Source: Vulcanimicrobiota bacterium
Lineage (GTDB): Bacteria > Vulcanimicrobiota > Vulcanimicrobiia > Vulcanimicrobiales > Vulcanimicrobiaceae
Length of the DNA: 64,000 nt
Assembly: GCA_963795855.1 (NCBI GenBank)
Contig: CAWCIZ010000002.1
Coordinates: 384,001-448,000 of the forward strand
Reading direction: 5' to 3'
A program made the position numbers and the translations under genes. Below, piece after piece: positions 63,108-64,000 of this stretch; positions within the stretch are counted from its first letter, which is position 1; the number at the start of each line of letters is the position of its first letter. Under the pieces are notes generated by a model that worked only from the letters and a program-made list of their open reading frames with translations, was not told the DNA's origin and ran no database searches.

Positions 63108-63111
63108 ACGC

Positions 63112-63912
63112 GTGCGCCGCGAAACATTTGCGCAGGCTTCGCTCGATGCCGCAGCCGCCGCACTCAATCGCGTCTTCGAACAATACGTCGTTCCCGTCGC
63201 GTTCGCGCCGGAACAGCTGCGCTTGCACATGCTCTACAACGACGTCGACGCATCGGCATCGCCGCTTTGGTACGATGACGAAGGCAATCTGATGGCCGCG
63301 GCACTGCTTGCGCTGCGCGGCGTGCGCGCCTGGATCGGCGGATTCGGCGTCGCGCCGGACTTTCGGGGCCGCGGATACGCGAAGGCCCTGGTAAGCACGC
63401 TCGCGGATTGGGCGCGCGAACGCGGCGCGAAGCAGATGCAGCTGGAAGTGCTCGCGCAGAACGATCCCGCGATCGAAGTCTACCGCGGCGCCGGTTTCGA
63501 AACGACCCGAACGCTCCACTCGTTCCAGCGCAGCATCGCGGAGCCGCGCATGCCGCGCGGGTTCGCTCCCAGCGAGGTGGGCGGTTGGCTCGATGCTCAC
63601 GAGATCGGCGAGCCGTGCTGGCAGCGCGAGCGCCGCACGCTGCGCAACGGCGCGGTTACCGCGAGCGTCTCCGACACGGACGGAAATTATGCGCTGTTCC
63701 GCTCGAACGCGCAGACGGCGCAAGTGCTCGAGTTGCATGCAGCAAATCCGGCGGCGCTCGATTGGCTCGCGCTAGCCGTTTCTGCGTACGGCGAATGCGC
63801 CGGCGTGCTCATCCTCAACGAACCGGAAGACAGCCGTATTTCGGCATATGCGCGAACGGCCCGCTGGAGCGAGCCGTTCGTACAGTATGAAATGATACTT
63901 CGATTAAAATGA
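63112..63912 (+). CDS. GNAT family acetyltransferase
   Basis: GVAPDFRGRGYAKAL, LEVLAQN..AI.VY...GF. Confidence 0.88.
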   Translation: MRRETFAQASLDAAAAALNRVFEQYVVPVAFAPEQLRLHMLYNDVDASASPLWYDDEGNLMAAALLALRGVRAWIGGFGVAPDFRGRGYAKALVSTLADWARERGAKQMQLEVLAQNDPAIEVYRGAGFETTRTLHSFQRSIAEPRMPRGFAPSEVGGWLDAHEIGEPCWQRERRTLRNGAVTASVSDTDGNYALFRSNAQTAQVLELHAANPAALDWLALAVSAYGECAGVLILNEPEDSRISAYARTARWSEPFVQYEMILRLK

Positions 63913-63999
63913 CGTGCGCGGCGGGCGCCGGTTCCAGCGTTCCAGTTCCCGCGTGTACAGCACGGCGCTGCGCTCTTGCAGCTTTTGCTGAGAAAGTTT
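63904..63999 (-). CDS. Possible 3' end of a gene running off the window
   Basis: Open frame KLSQQKLQERSAVLYTRELERWNRRPPRTSF* convergent with the GNAT gene. Confidence 0.3.
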   Translation of the reverse strand, partial: KLSQQKLQERSAVLYTRELERWNRRPPRTSF

Positions 64000-64000
64000 G

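Overview
High-GC (roughly 63-65%, estimated by eye) bacterial chromosome segment made mostly of housekeeping genes. The gene order is strongly Firmicutes-like: yacL-ispD-ispF-[gltX slot]-cysE-cysS-rlmB-sigH, then tRNAs, rpmG-tRNA-Trp-secE-nusG-rplKA-rplJL; also PASTA-rpe-thiL and rpmB divergent from DAK2-plsX-degV. This combination suggests a Terrabacteria lineage such as Ca. Eremiobacterota, which is inference only. The window also holds an H+-PPase, a lemA-TPM-TPM operon, six tRNAs, an L10 leader, two GT4 glycosyltransferases, a radA-ftcD-M16-aldehyde dehydrogenase run, dapD plus an aminotransferase, and a full pentose phosphate operon (tkt, tal-pgi fusion, gnd, zwf, opcA, pgl). About 14 single-base frameshifts, several in essential genes, point to uncorrected long-read indel errors. 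No integrase, transposase or cas genes were seen. The most unusual items are: (1) a ~1 kb non-coding mosaic array of seven 22-bp palindromes separated by two recurring linker types (A-B-A-A-B-B) directly upstream of an orphan DUF2442-like gene; (2) a stand-alone GluRS anticodon-binding-domain gene in the gltX position; (3) tandem TA-flanked 104-bp hairpin elements at the rplL stop codon; (4) an fRMsr-type GAF/hemerythrin fusion; (5) a double GT-C (PMT) fusion protein.
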